A DNA stretch of 64,000 bases from Nitrosopumilus sp. (GTDB lineage Archaea > Thermoproteota > Nitrososphaeria > Nitrososphaerales > Nitrosopumilaceae): assembly GCA_965218695.1 (NCBI GenBank), contig OZ244651.1, forward strand, positions 1,024,001-1,088,000, in the 5' to 3' direction. This document shows positions 10,367 to 18,870 of this stretch, in pieces; position 1 is the first letter of the stretch; the number at the start of each line of letters is the position of its first letter. A program made the position numbers and the translations under genes. The notes under the pieces are model-generated. The model worked only from the letters and a program-made list of their open reading frames with translations, searched no databases and was not told the origin of the DNA.

Positions 10367-11989
10367 TTAGAAGCCTTTTGGAAGTGTACCTCGGGAGGCC
10401 TTTGGTGGTTCTGGTTCAGGTTCTGGCGTAAACCCCTTGGGTAGAACGCCGCGGCCCTTCTTGGCATTAGCTGCTGCTGCCACAGCATTTGCTTCAGCTT
10501 GTAGTGCTTTCTGATATGCTTGCTCTGCTTCAATTCTTTCTTGCTCGATTCTTTTGAGGTAGCTGCCTTCATAATCCTTCAATTGCTCTTGTCTTGATTT
10601 CATGTCATTGTCGCTATGTCTTGTTTGCTGTGGAGGTGGAGCCTGCTGTGTTTGTGCTGGTTCCGGTGCCTGTGTGGCAGTACCGCCTTCGAAACTCATA
10701 CCCACACCACTAAATGACCCAAACGTCTTGTCGGGAGGGTGATATGCCAGTCGTGCCCTTGTTGCAAAGTACTGGTTGGATGGCTGCGTATAGCCTGTAA
10801 CCTTGGCCTTTTGATCGTTCCAGTTGGTTGTCGGAACGCTTCCCACAGGTGCAGTCAGTCGTACATAGTATCGGTTAGGAGACGGTGAGTATCCGGTCAC
10901 CTTTGTCCTGTATTCGTGGAAGTCCGTCTGTGGGCTTGCATAGTATGCATCCTCCAATGCGGCATTGAATGTTGCCGGTGGCTGTGATGTTGTTTCTGCA
11001 GGCTTTGGTGCCTCCTTGGGCTTTGGTGCCTCCTTGGGCTTTGGCTTGTCAAATCCCTTTGGAAGTGTTCCCTTGGGCTTGGCAGTCTCTGCAGGCTTTG
11101 GTGCCTCCTTGGGCTTTGGCTTGTCAAATCCCTTTGGAAGTGTTCCCTTGGGCTTGGCAGTCTCTGCAGGCTTTGGTGCCTCCTTGGGCTTTGGTGCCTC
11201 CTTGGGCTTTGGCTTGTCAAATCCCTTTGGAAGTGTTCCCTTGGGCTTGGCAGTCTCTGCAGGCTTTGGTGCCTCCTTGGGCTTTGGCTTGTCAAATCCC
11301 TTTGGAAGTGTTCCCTTGGGCTTGGCAGTCTCTGCAGGCTTTGGTGCCTCTTGGGGCTTTGGTGCCTCTTGGGGCTTTGGTGCCTCTTGGGGCTTTGGTG
11401 CCTCTTGGGGCTTTGGTGCCTCTTGGGGCTTTGGTGCCTCTTGGGGCTTTGGTGCCTCTTGGGGCTTTGGTGCCTCTTGGGGCTTTGGTGCCTCTTGGGG
11501 CTTTGGTGCCTCTTGGGGCTTTGGTGCCTCTTGGGGCTTTGGTGCCTCTTGGGGCTTTGGTGCCTCTTGGGGCTTTGGTGCCTCTTGGGGCTTTGGTGCC
11601 TCTTGGGGCTTTGGTGCCTCTACATTGGCAGTTACCTTTCGTGGCCTGCCTCTTGGTCTTGGAGTCTTTGGTGTCGTGTCAGCAGTTACCTTTCGTGGCC
11701 TGCCTCTTGGTCTTGGAGTCTTTGGTGTCGTGTCAGCAGTTACCTTTCGTGGCCTGCCTCTTGGTCTTGGAGTCTTTGGTGTCGTGTCAGCAGTTACCTT
11801 TCGTGGCCTGCCTCTTGGTCTTGGAGTCTTTGGTGTCGTGTCAGCAGTTACCTTTCGTGGCCTGCCTCTTGGTCTTGGAGTCTTTGGTGTCGTGTCAGCA
11901 GTTACCTTTCGTGGCCTGCCTCTTGGTCTTTTAGATCCAGTCTGTGATGTGCTTGGCTTTTTGCTTGAACTTGCGTTGTCATTTGCCAT
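10367..11989 (-). CDS. Repeat-rich Lys/Pro protein with 6 AT-hooks, EAPKPQ repeats, LPKGF motifs and a conserved C-terminal domain
   Basis: 540-aa ORF; PRGRPRK x6 in 54-nt repeats; non-repetitive TDFHEYRTKVTGY domain shared with 12378-13541. Confidence 0.85.
   Translation of the reverse strand: MANDNASSSKKPSTSQTGSKRPRGRPRKVTADTTPKTPRPRGRPRKVTADTTPKTPRPRGRPRKVTADTTPKTPRPRGRPRKVTADTTPKTPRPRGRPRKVTADTTPKTPRPRGRPRKVTANVEAPKPQEAPKPQEAPKPQEAPKPQEAPKPQEAPKPQEAPKPQEAPKPQEAPKPQEAPKPQEAPKPQEAPKPQEAPKPQEAPKPQEAPKPQEAPKPAETAKPKGTLPKGFDKPKPKEAPKPAETAKPKGTLPKGFDKPKPKEAPKPKEAPKPAETAKPKGTLPKGFDKPKPKEAPKPAETAKPKGTLPKGFDKPKPKEAPKPKEAPKPAETTSQPPATFNAALEDAYYASPQTDFHEYRTKVTGYSPSPNRYYVRLTAPVGSVPTTNWNDQKAKVTGYTQPSNQYFATRARLAYHPPDKTFGSFSGVGMSFEGGTATQAPEPAQTQQAPPPQQTRHSDNDMKSRQEQLKDYEGSYLKRIEQERIEAEQAYQKALQAEANAVAAAANAKKGRGVLPKGFTPEPEPEPPKASRGTLPKGF
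11338..11620. repeat. 18-bp tandem repeat (about 16 copies, encodes EAPKPQ)
   Basis: Perfect tandem GCTTTGGTGCCTCTTGGG. Confidence 0.97.
11628..11930. repeat. 54-bp tandem repeat (about 5.6 copies, one AT-hook per unit)
   Basis: GCAGTTACCTTTCGTGGCCTGCCTCTTGGTCTTGGAGTCTTTGGTGTCGTGTCA repeated. Confidence 0.97.
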
Positions 11990-12126
11990 TCCTTACAGTA
12001 AATACAGCACTGTTTATTTACATTTTGATTAGTGCATACCATGGTTCAAATTAATTCATAAAATTAGACAAAAATTTGCAAAAATTTTATTGCGTTGCGA
12101 TCTAGGCCTAAAGGGAGATCTGTGAG

Positions 12127-12327
12127 TTAATCAGGTTCCCAAAATGCCATTACATACATGCAGTTATTGCATCGCCAGAGGTTTACATGAATTCCGTTGT
12201 CGGTGTCTGCAACGTATTTTCCTTCATCAGTCCGGCTTACCTTGGGCAGGTAACTCAATTCAGGGCTCTGTAGCCATTCCCTTTGTTGGCAGTTGGGACA
12301 TATGATATTTGGAGGCATAAATGACAT
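12127..12327 (-). CDS. Small zinc-ribbon protein
   Basis: 66 aa with CPNC ... WRCNNC. Confidence 0.75.
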   Translation of the reverse strand: MSFMPPNIICPNCQQREWLQSPELSYLPKVSRTDEGKYVADTDNGIHVNLWRCNNCMYVMAFWEPD

Positions 12328-12377
12328 ACGCAGTAATCAAAAAAAACATTTCTATGAAAAAGAGAAGAATTGTGGGG

Positions 12378-13541
12378 TTAGAAACCTTTTGGAAGCTTGC
12401 CCTTTGCGGGTTTTGGTTCCGGTGTCTGCTCTGCCTGTGTGGCAGTACCGCCTTCGAAACTCATACCCACACCACTAAATGACCCAAACGTCTTGTCGGG
12501 AGGGTGATATGCCAGTCGTGCCCTTGTTGCAAAGTACTGGTTGGATGGCTGCGTATAGCCTGTAACCTTGGCCTTGTGATCGTTCCAGTTGGTTGTCGGA
12601 ACGCTTCCCACAGGTGCAGTCAGTCGTACATAGTATCGGTTAGGAGACGGTGAGTATCCGGTCACCTTTGTCCTGTATTCGTGGAAGTCCGTCTGTGGGC
12701 TTGCATAGTATGCATCCTCCAATGCGGCATTGAGTGTTGCCGGTGGCTGTGATGTTGTTTCTGCAGGCTTTGGTGCCTCCTTGGGCTTTGGTGCCTCCTT
12801 GGGCTTTGGCGTGTCAAATCCCTTTGGAAGTGTTCCCTTGGGCTTTGGTGCCTCCTTGGGCTTTGGTGCCTCCTTGGGCTTTGGTGCCTCCTTGGGCTTT
12901 GGCGTGTCAAATCCCTTTGGAAGTGTTCCCTTGGGCTTGGCAGTCTCTGCAGGCTTTGGTGCCTCCTTGGGCTTTGGTGCCTCCTTGGGCTTTGGCGTGT
13001 CAAATCCCTTTGGAAGTGTTTCCTTGGGCTTGGCAGTCTCTGCAGGCTTTGGTGCCTCCTTGGGCTTTGGTGCCTCCTTGGGCTTTGGCGTGTCAAATCC
13101 CTTTGGAAGTGTTCCCTTGGGCTTGGCAGTCTCTGCAGGCTTTGCGGCCGTATCGGTAGTTAACTTCCGTGGCCTGCCTCTTGGTCTTGCAGGCTTTGCG
13201 GCCGTATCGGTAGTTAACTTCCGTGGCCTGCCTCTTGGTCTTGCAGGCTTTGCGGCCGTATCGGTAGTTAACTTCCGTGGCCTGCCTCTTGGTCTTGCAG
13301 GCTTTGCGGCCGTATCGGTAGTTAACTTCCGTGGCCTGCCTCTTGGTCTTGCAGGCTTTGGTGCCTCCTTGGGCTTTGGCTTGTCAAATCCCTTTGGAAG
13401 TGCTCCCTTGGGCTTGGCAGTCTCTGCAGGTTGCTGTTCTGAATCAAGACTTGATTGTATGTCTGTGGTGTAATCGTGTAGTGATGTCTCTAAATCAGCA
13501 GCTTCGTCGTAATTTTTAGGCGATTTTTTAGCTTTTTGCAT
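12378..13541 (-). CDS. Paralogous repeat-rich protein with 4 AT-hooks and LPKGF motifs
   Basis: 387-aa ORF; ARPRGRPRKLTTDTAAKP x4; C-terminal domain almost identical to 10367-11989. Confidence 0.85.
   Translation of the reverse strand: MQKAKKSPKNYDEAADLETSLHDYTTDIQSSLDSEQQPAETAKPKGALPKGFDKPKPKEAPKPARPRGRPRKLTTDTAAKPARPRGRPRKLTTDTAAKPARPRGRPRKLTTDTAAKPARPRGRPRKLTTDTAAKPAETAKPKGTLPKGFDTPKPKEAPKPKEAPKPAETAKPKETLPKGFDTPKPKEAPKPKEAPKPAETAKPKGTLPKGFDTPKPKEAPKPKEAPKPKEAPKPKGTLPKGFDTPKPKEAPKPKEAPKPAETTSQPPATLNAALEDAYYASPQTDFHEYRTKVTGYSPSPNRYYVRLTAPVGSVPTTNWNDHKAKVTGYTQPSNQYFATRARLAYHPPDKTFGSFSGVGMSFEGGTATQAEQTPEPKPAKGKLPKGF
13134..13358. repeat. 54-bp tandem repeat (4 copies, AT-hook unit, different linker from the first paralog)
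   Basis: TGCAGGCTTTGCGGCCGTATCGGTAGTTAACTTCCGTGGCCTGCCTCTTGGTCT repeated. Confidence 0.95.
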
Positions 13542-13599
13542 TGCTCTGAGTGAATGATCTGGGGTTTATGTATATTTGGGTTATCTGGGGTGTGTCCTA

Positions 13600-14643
13600 G
13601 AGGCATATACCCCCGGATGACAAAAGATATGGATCGGCGGATCACGGCATCGCCTAATGACTACAAAGAAACGCGACCAACGACAGTACGATTTGGTTCA
13701 GCAGTACCTGTCGGGCCTCATGCTGAATACCGTGCTGGGAATAATCAAGAATCTTGGGGATCCGTACGCCGTCAGGCCCGGTCTGGGTGGCATGACGGCA
13801 TACCCGCCTGGCGCCATGGCAGCTGTCTGCATCATGCTTGAGGCACAGCGCACGACCTACCGTAAGATGGTCGGCATCCTCCGAAACAATAGCGCCATGG
13901 CAGCCAAGATGGGCCTAGAGAAAATTCCCTCCAAGAGCACGATAGCACGCGCCTACGGCCTGATCCCGGAATGGTACCTGGCAGAGGCACACCGGATTGC
14001 CATCAGGGAGGTGGAGGCAGGCTCCTTGGCAGCAGACAGCACCGGGTACTCGTACCTGCGGTTTGTCAGGTGGTTTAACGTCAGGACCGACAGTTTTCGT
14101 ACCAGAAAGGGATGGGTCAAGCTGCACGCAATCGTGGACATACGCACCAGGGTGATAATCGACTGCATGGTGACTGACAGCGCAGTGGCAGACATAAACG
14201 GGCTGTACGCGATGCTCGGCAGGCTCGGCCTAGGCACCGGTGACTTTTGCCTGGATTCTGCATACCTGGCAAGGCTCATGTGCAACATGATATCTGCGAT
14301 GGAAATGGTGCCCCGCATCAAGCCAAAATCCAACACCATACGCAACGCCAGGGGAAGTCAGTCGTGGCGCGAGATGGTAAGCCTGTACATGGATGACAAG
14401 GACAGGTTTGACTCGGAATACCACCAGCGCAGCATCATCGAGGCAGTCTTTGCAGCCCTCAAGAAGATGTACGGGGACAGCACCAGGTGCCGAAAACACG
14501 AGAACCGGACAAGGGAGACTGCGATCCGTGTCATGTGCTACAACGTCGAGCTCGTGGCCAGATTGCAGGCAAAAGACGGCAGGCTCACACAGGATCAAAT
14601 CGCGACACTTGCAGCGTAACCGGCGCGTCTTGACACGCGCCTC
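13600..14643 (+). mobile_element. IS5-family insertion sequence
   Basis: Short termini GAGGC.../...GCCTC flanked by CTA on both sides (13597-99, 14644-46); the IR beyond 5 bp is imperfect. Confidence 0.75.
13657..14619 (+). CDS. IS5-like DDE transposase
   Basis: AADSTG, WVKLHAIVD, LDSAY, YHQRSIIEAVFAALK motifs. Confidence 0.92.
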   Translation: MTTKKRDQRQYDLVQQYLSGLMLNTVLGIIKNLGDPYAVRPGLGGMTAYPPGAMAAVCIMLEAQRTTYRKMVGILRNNSAMAAKMGLEKIPSKSTIARAYGLIPEWYLAEAHRIAIREVEAGSLAADSTGYSYLRFVRWFNVRTDSFRTRKGWVKLHAIVDIRTRVIIDCMVTDSAVADINGLYAMLGRLGLGTGDFCLDSAYLARLMCNMISAMEMVPRIKPKSNTIRNARGSQSWREMVSLYMDDKDRFDSEYHQRSIIEAVFAALKKMYGDSTRCRKHENRTRETAIRVMCYNVELVARLQAKDGRLTQDQIATLAA

Positions 14644-15550
14644 CTAGCGGAGCCTCCGCACAGTGTCTTGAATTTGGGGGATTTTATGGGTTGTGAAAGA
14701 TTGACGGTGCGGCACTGTTGGTGTCGACGGGTTCTGGCACCAATCATGTCTTTGGCATCTTGGCACATGAAATGGCATTTTTTATTACTAGAACACACCC
14801 GGTTATCTGACTACGCCTCCTCATCCGGCGTATCTGGGCATGAACCATGCAAATAACTCCGCTTGGTTTTGAAACAATCTGAGCATGTATGTCTGATTCT
14901 CCGAATACGAGTGGTAACTGTATTCTCATCTTCGTACTGATGTTGTGCCTACCATGCCCTCTTGAATGGGATCCGTATGGATGTTTTACAAAATTACATC
15001 GGGCTCGTCCCACACTGATGCAAACATCACCGGTACTGTCTCTGGGGTATGGGGATGAGGCTGGCGCAGATATTTGTGTACAAAATGTCTTCAAAAGGAG
15101 AATTGGTGGTTGGCAAGCAGACTGGCGAGAAATACCATGTCTGGTGGGGGAGGCTATTTCTCGTACACCTGAATTGCCATGGATGTCAATTTGAATAAAT
15201 GGTGAATTCTTTTATGATTAATTGCGGCCAGACGTGTTTTGGGCATGTCCTGCAAACACGGATTCATATCTTGACCACGCAGGTTTGGTTTTTTCAGCGT
15301 AATAATCAAAAGCATGACACGTGTCATTGGCACGGTATGACATGCACCACGGCATTATGTCCGTGTAGCCAAACTCTGGCAGTCGCGTATGGGGGATCGG
15401 CGTCACGCATGCTGAATCTTTATTGTGGCTGGAACGTGATTCACAGCAAGCAGCCAAGCACAAAACGTGCATCATCTTGATTTGATGGTACAGAGAACAT
15501 CCGACCCAGCATAATCAAGTTTTATATGCATAGGGCGTTTATGATGTTTG

Positions 15551-15925
15551 ATGGATGATTTTGAGAAGGATTTTCCGGATTTTGACTGGAAGAACGTGCC
15601 TGCATACGAGCATCCCGGAGGCAAGGACTGCCCATGCCCAAAGCACGAATACATCCGGGAACAGATCAATTTTACAAAACAGGTAAATGAAAAAGGCAAG
15701 GAACCATCCAAGATTACACTCAGATTTTGTCCTGATCACTACCGAGTCTACATGGATGAGGTTATTCCTGCAATGCCCCTGAAATACAAGCTGCTGACAA
15801 AGATAGCCCTGAAGATTGGTGCAATCCAGGTGGAGCAGTTAAAGTATATGGAATCCGGACTCTGCTTTTATTGCAAGTTTGGATCCGGGGGACACGACAA
15901 AAAGACAGAACTGCCCCCGATGTAG
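15551..15925 (+). CDS. Hypothetical Cys/His-rich (putative zinc-binding) protein
   Basis: CPCPKH, FCPDH and CFYCK motifs; TTTATA box upstream. Confidence 0.75.
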   Translation: MDDFEKDFPDFDWKNVPAYEHPGGKDCPCPKHEYIREQINFTKQVNEKGKEPSKITLRFCPDHYRVYMDEVIPAMPLKYKLLTKIALKIGAIQVEQLKYMESGLCFYCKFGSGGHDKKTELPPM

Positions 15926-16159
15926 GGCAGGTATGCCAAGTCTTCTGATAATGCAACTGCGTGAATGGCAAAAGGGCACGACTGATGCCGTCTACGGAAT
16001 TGCAGTTCGGCGCGGCATACTGCATTGGCAGGCTTGGGGCACGTCGTGTGAAAAATCCGAATCCCGCTTTGTTGTGATGGACGGCAGCATGCAGGGCAGG
16101 CGCCATACACACGCTCTGAATCCAGTTAAGCTTATACCCAAACCGGCACCATATCCATC

Positions 16160-17602
16160 ATGACGATAAAAGACATTCACGAGCTCATCTCCGAGTTGGA
16201 AGGATGCGGGGAATTAAAGAGAGTCAAGGCAAGTGTTGATGCAGACCTTGAGGTTGCAGAGATCCTGAGGAGGGAGATGTACCGTGGAGGTCCGGCGATC
16301 CTGTTTGAGAACGTAAAAGGATACGACATGCCAATACTTGGAAACACGTTTGGTTCCATGAAGCGGCTGGAGATCGGACTCGGAATGACGGATTTTACCG
16401 AGATTGGCAGGCGCATAGTGGAGATGACAAGGATGAGCGTCCCATCGGGGCTTTTGGGCAAGCTAAGAAAGCTTCCAGAGCTCTCAAAGATGGCAGCAGT
16501 GTTTCCCAAAAATGAGACAAACGGGCCGGTATCGGAGGTCGTATCTGCAGAGCCGTCATTTGATGGGATTCCAATCATAAAGTCGTGGCCGAAAGATGCA
16601 GGAAGATTCATCACGCTGGGAATGGTTGCTACAGCGCATCCTGAGACGGGGGTTAGAAACTTGGGCGTGTTTAGAATGCAGGTTATAGACAGCACCCATG
16701 CCCTGATGCACTGGCAGAGACACAAGAGGGGAGCCCACCACGGCGAGATCTCAAGGGACCGAGGGGAGAGAATACCTGCTGCCATAATCATAGGCGGGGA
16801 TCCGGCAACCGTCTTTTCGGCGATTGCGCCTGTTCCCGAGGGACTGGACAAGTATCTGTTTGCAGGAATTACAAGAAAGGAGGGAATCAGTACAGTAAGG
16901 TGCAAGACAGTTGATCTGGATGTTCCTGCAAACGCAGAGATTGTCATGGAGGGATATGTTGATCCTGCGGATCTCAGGGACGAGGGGCCCTTTGGAGATC
17001 ATACCGGATACTACACGCCAGTCGAGCCATACCCTGTATTCACGCTTACAGGAGTCATGCACAGGAGGAATCCGGTATATGTGACTACTGTGGTGGGAAA
17101 GCCGGTTCTGGAGGATGCATACATTGGAAAGGTAATTGAGCAGTCATTTCTGCCGCTGATCAGGATGTTTCATCCAGAGGTGGCAGATTTCAGCATGCCG
17201 GCATCAGGATGGTTTCAGGGGCTGGCAGTCGTATCGATCACAAAGAGATACCCGGGTCAGGCAAAGAAGGTGATGATGGGCCTGTGGGGAATGGGACAGC
17301 TCTCCCTTACAAAGACGCTTGTAGTAGTCGACGAGGACATCAACGTTCACGATATGAACGATGTCATATGGGCAGTGACGACGAGGGCGGATCCTGCAAG
17401 GGATACGACGATCATTGCCAACACGCCTACCGACACCCTTGATCCGGCATCCCCGCTTGTCAACCTGGGCTCCAAGATGGGTATTGATGCAACGCAGAAG
17501 ACAAGCGAGGAGGGATACCAGAGGGAGATTCAGCAGAAGGTGGGGGTAGACGAGAAGACAAGAAGCATGGTTGATTCCAGATGGCACGAATACGGGCTAT
17601 GA
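16160..17602 (+). CDS. ubiD: UbiD-family menaquinone biosynthesis decarboxylase (MqnL-like)
   Basis: EGPFGDHTGYY, DAGRFIT and GSKMGIDAT motifs. Confidence 0.93.
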   Translation: MTIKDIHELISELEGCGELKRVKASVDADLEVAEILRREMYRGGPAILFENVKGYDMPILGNTFGSMKRLEIGLGMTDFTEIGRRIVEMTRMSVPSGLLGKLRKLPELSKMAAVFPKNETNGPVSEVVSAEPSFDGIPIIKSWPKDAGRFITLGMVATAHPETGVRNLGVFRMQVIDSTHALMHWQRHKRGAHHGEISRDRGERIPAAIIIGGDPATVFSAIAPVPEGLDKYLFAGITRKEGISTVRCKTVDLDVPANAEIVMEGYVDPADLRDEGPFGDHTGYYTPVEPYPVFTLTGVMHRRNPVYVTTVVGKPVLEDAYIGKVIEQSFLPLIRMFHPEVADFSMPASGWFQGLAVVSITKRYPGQAKKVMMGLWGMGQLSLTKTLVVVDEDINVHDMNDVIWAVTTRADPARDTTIIANTPTDTLDPASPLVNLGSKMGIDATQKTSEEGYQREIQQKVGVDEKTRSMVDSRWHEYGL

Positions 17603-18715
17603 TGCCAGGACGGGATTGTAAAAGTTGTCCCGCTCCTCCACGGTGTATCCGATCTGACGTATGGCCTCTGCTATGATGCTGCCGGTAAGCTCAGTAGAGC
17701 GGGCCCCCGTACAGGATACGACCTCCTCGCCGATGAGCGTTCCACCAAAGTCATCTGCGCCATACTGCAAGGCAAGCTGGGCCATTCCGACCCCGTTTGT
17801 AAGCCAGGATGACTGGATGTGCGGGATCAAGTCATCAAAGATCAGCCTGGATATGGCAATCATCTTTAGCAGCTGAATGCCGCCGGTTCCGTGCTTGACG
17901 GTTCCATCTTGCTGCATCAGTGTGTTGTTTGGCTCAAAATTCCATGGAATAAACGCCATAAACCCACCTGTCCGTTCCTGCAGTCTTGTTATCTTCATAA
18001 AGTGCTCTGCAATGTCTGCGTTGCTCTCTACATGTCCGTACATCATCGTCGCAGAGGCAGGAAGCCCGATGGAGTGCGCCTCGCCCATGATCCTAATCCA
18101 GTCGTCGCTTGCAATCTTCTTTGGGCTGATGATGTCCTTTACAGAGTCGACTAGTATCTCTGCCCCGGCTCCGGGGACCGACTGCAGTCCAGAGTCTTTG
18201 AGTCGGGAAAGAACATCCAGGGTCGAGGATTTTTCAACCTTTGCAATCATGTCGATCTCTGATGCGGACAGCCCGTGAAGGCCCACCATCGGAAACTTTT
18301 TGCGGATCATTCTGAATGCATCCTCGTAATACTCTATTCCAAGGTGGGGATTGTGTCCGCCCTGGATCAGGACCTGGCGTATCTTGAACATGTCCCATGC
18401 CGCACTCACCCTGGACTCAATCTGATCAAGGCTCAACGTGTAGGACTCGTCGTCTCCGGGCGGCCGGTAGAATGCACAGAACTTGCAGTCTGTAATACAG
18501 ACGTTGGTGTAGTTTAGGATTATGTTGTTTACAAATGACGCCTTTCTTCCAAACCGTCTTCTTGCCAGCTGTCCGGAGACAAGCCCCATGAGATGAACCT
18601 CGTCAGACTCCAGAAGCCTAATGCAGTCGTCGTACCCCGGCTTGCATCCGTTAAGCGAGTTGTCCAGAATGTCGCCGACGCCGCTATTTTTTATGTACTC
18701 TACGGCTTGGCTCAT
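17597..18715 (-). CDS. mqnC: Radical SAM cyclic dehypoxanthine futalosine synthase (MqnC/CofH family)
   Basis: NYTNVCITDCKFCAF, PGAGAEIL, GADDFGG motifs; adjacent UbiD-family gene. Confidence 0.85.
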   Translation of the reverse strand: MSQAVEYIKNSGVGDILDNSLNGCKPGYDDCIRLLESDEVHLMGLVSGQLARRRFGRKASFVNNIILNYTNVCITDCKFCAFYRPPGDDESYTLSLDQIESRVSAAWDMFKIRQVLIQGGHNPHLGIEYYEDAFRMIRKKFPMVGLHGLSASEIDMIAKVEKSSTLDVLSRLKDSGLQSVPGAGAEILVDSVKDIISPKKIASDDWIRIMGEAHSIGLPASATMMYGHVESNADIAEHFMKITRLQERTGGFMAFIPWNFEPNNTLMQQDGTVKHGTGGIQLLKMIAISRLIFDDLIPHIQSSWLTNGVGMAQLALQYGADDFGGTLIGEEVVSCTGARSTELTGSIIAEAIRQIGYTVEERDNFYNPVLAS

Positions 18716-18870
18716 AATCCTGTGTTCCGTACGATTATTATTTAAACCATAATGAGTGCCAGATGTCTGGGATCTGTCCGGACGTGAATATGCAAACGAC
18801 CGTGCCTGATCTTGGAGACTGGCCGGGCGTGCACTGCCTGATTCTGGCACAGGAACATTTAGGTTATTTT

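Noticed and set aside
11338-11930. Possible CRISPR array
   Set aside because: Repeats are head-to-tail with no unique spacers, lengths are multiples of 3 within an ORF, and no cas genes are present.
10965-13473. Long plus-strand ORFs over the repeats (GFGASW, ALVPLG, LLGLWC repeats)
   Set aside because: Antisense shadows of stop-free tandem repeats; the minus-strand frame has the non-repetitive conserved domain.
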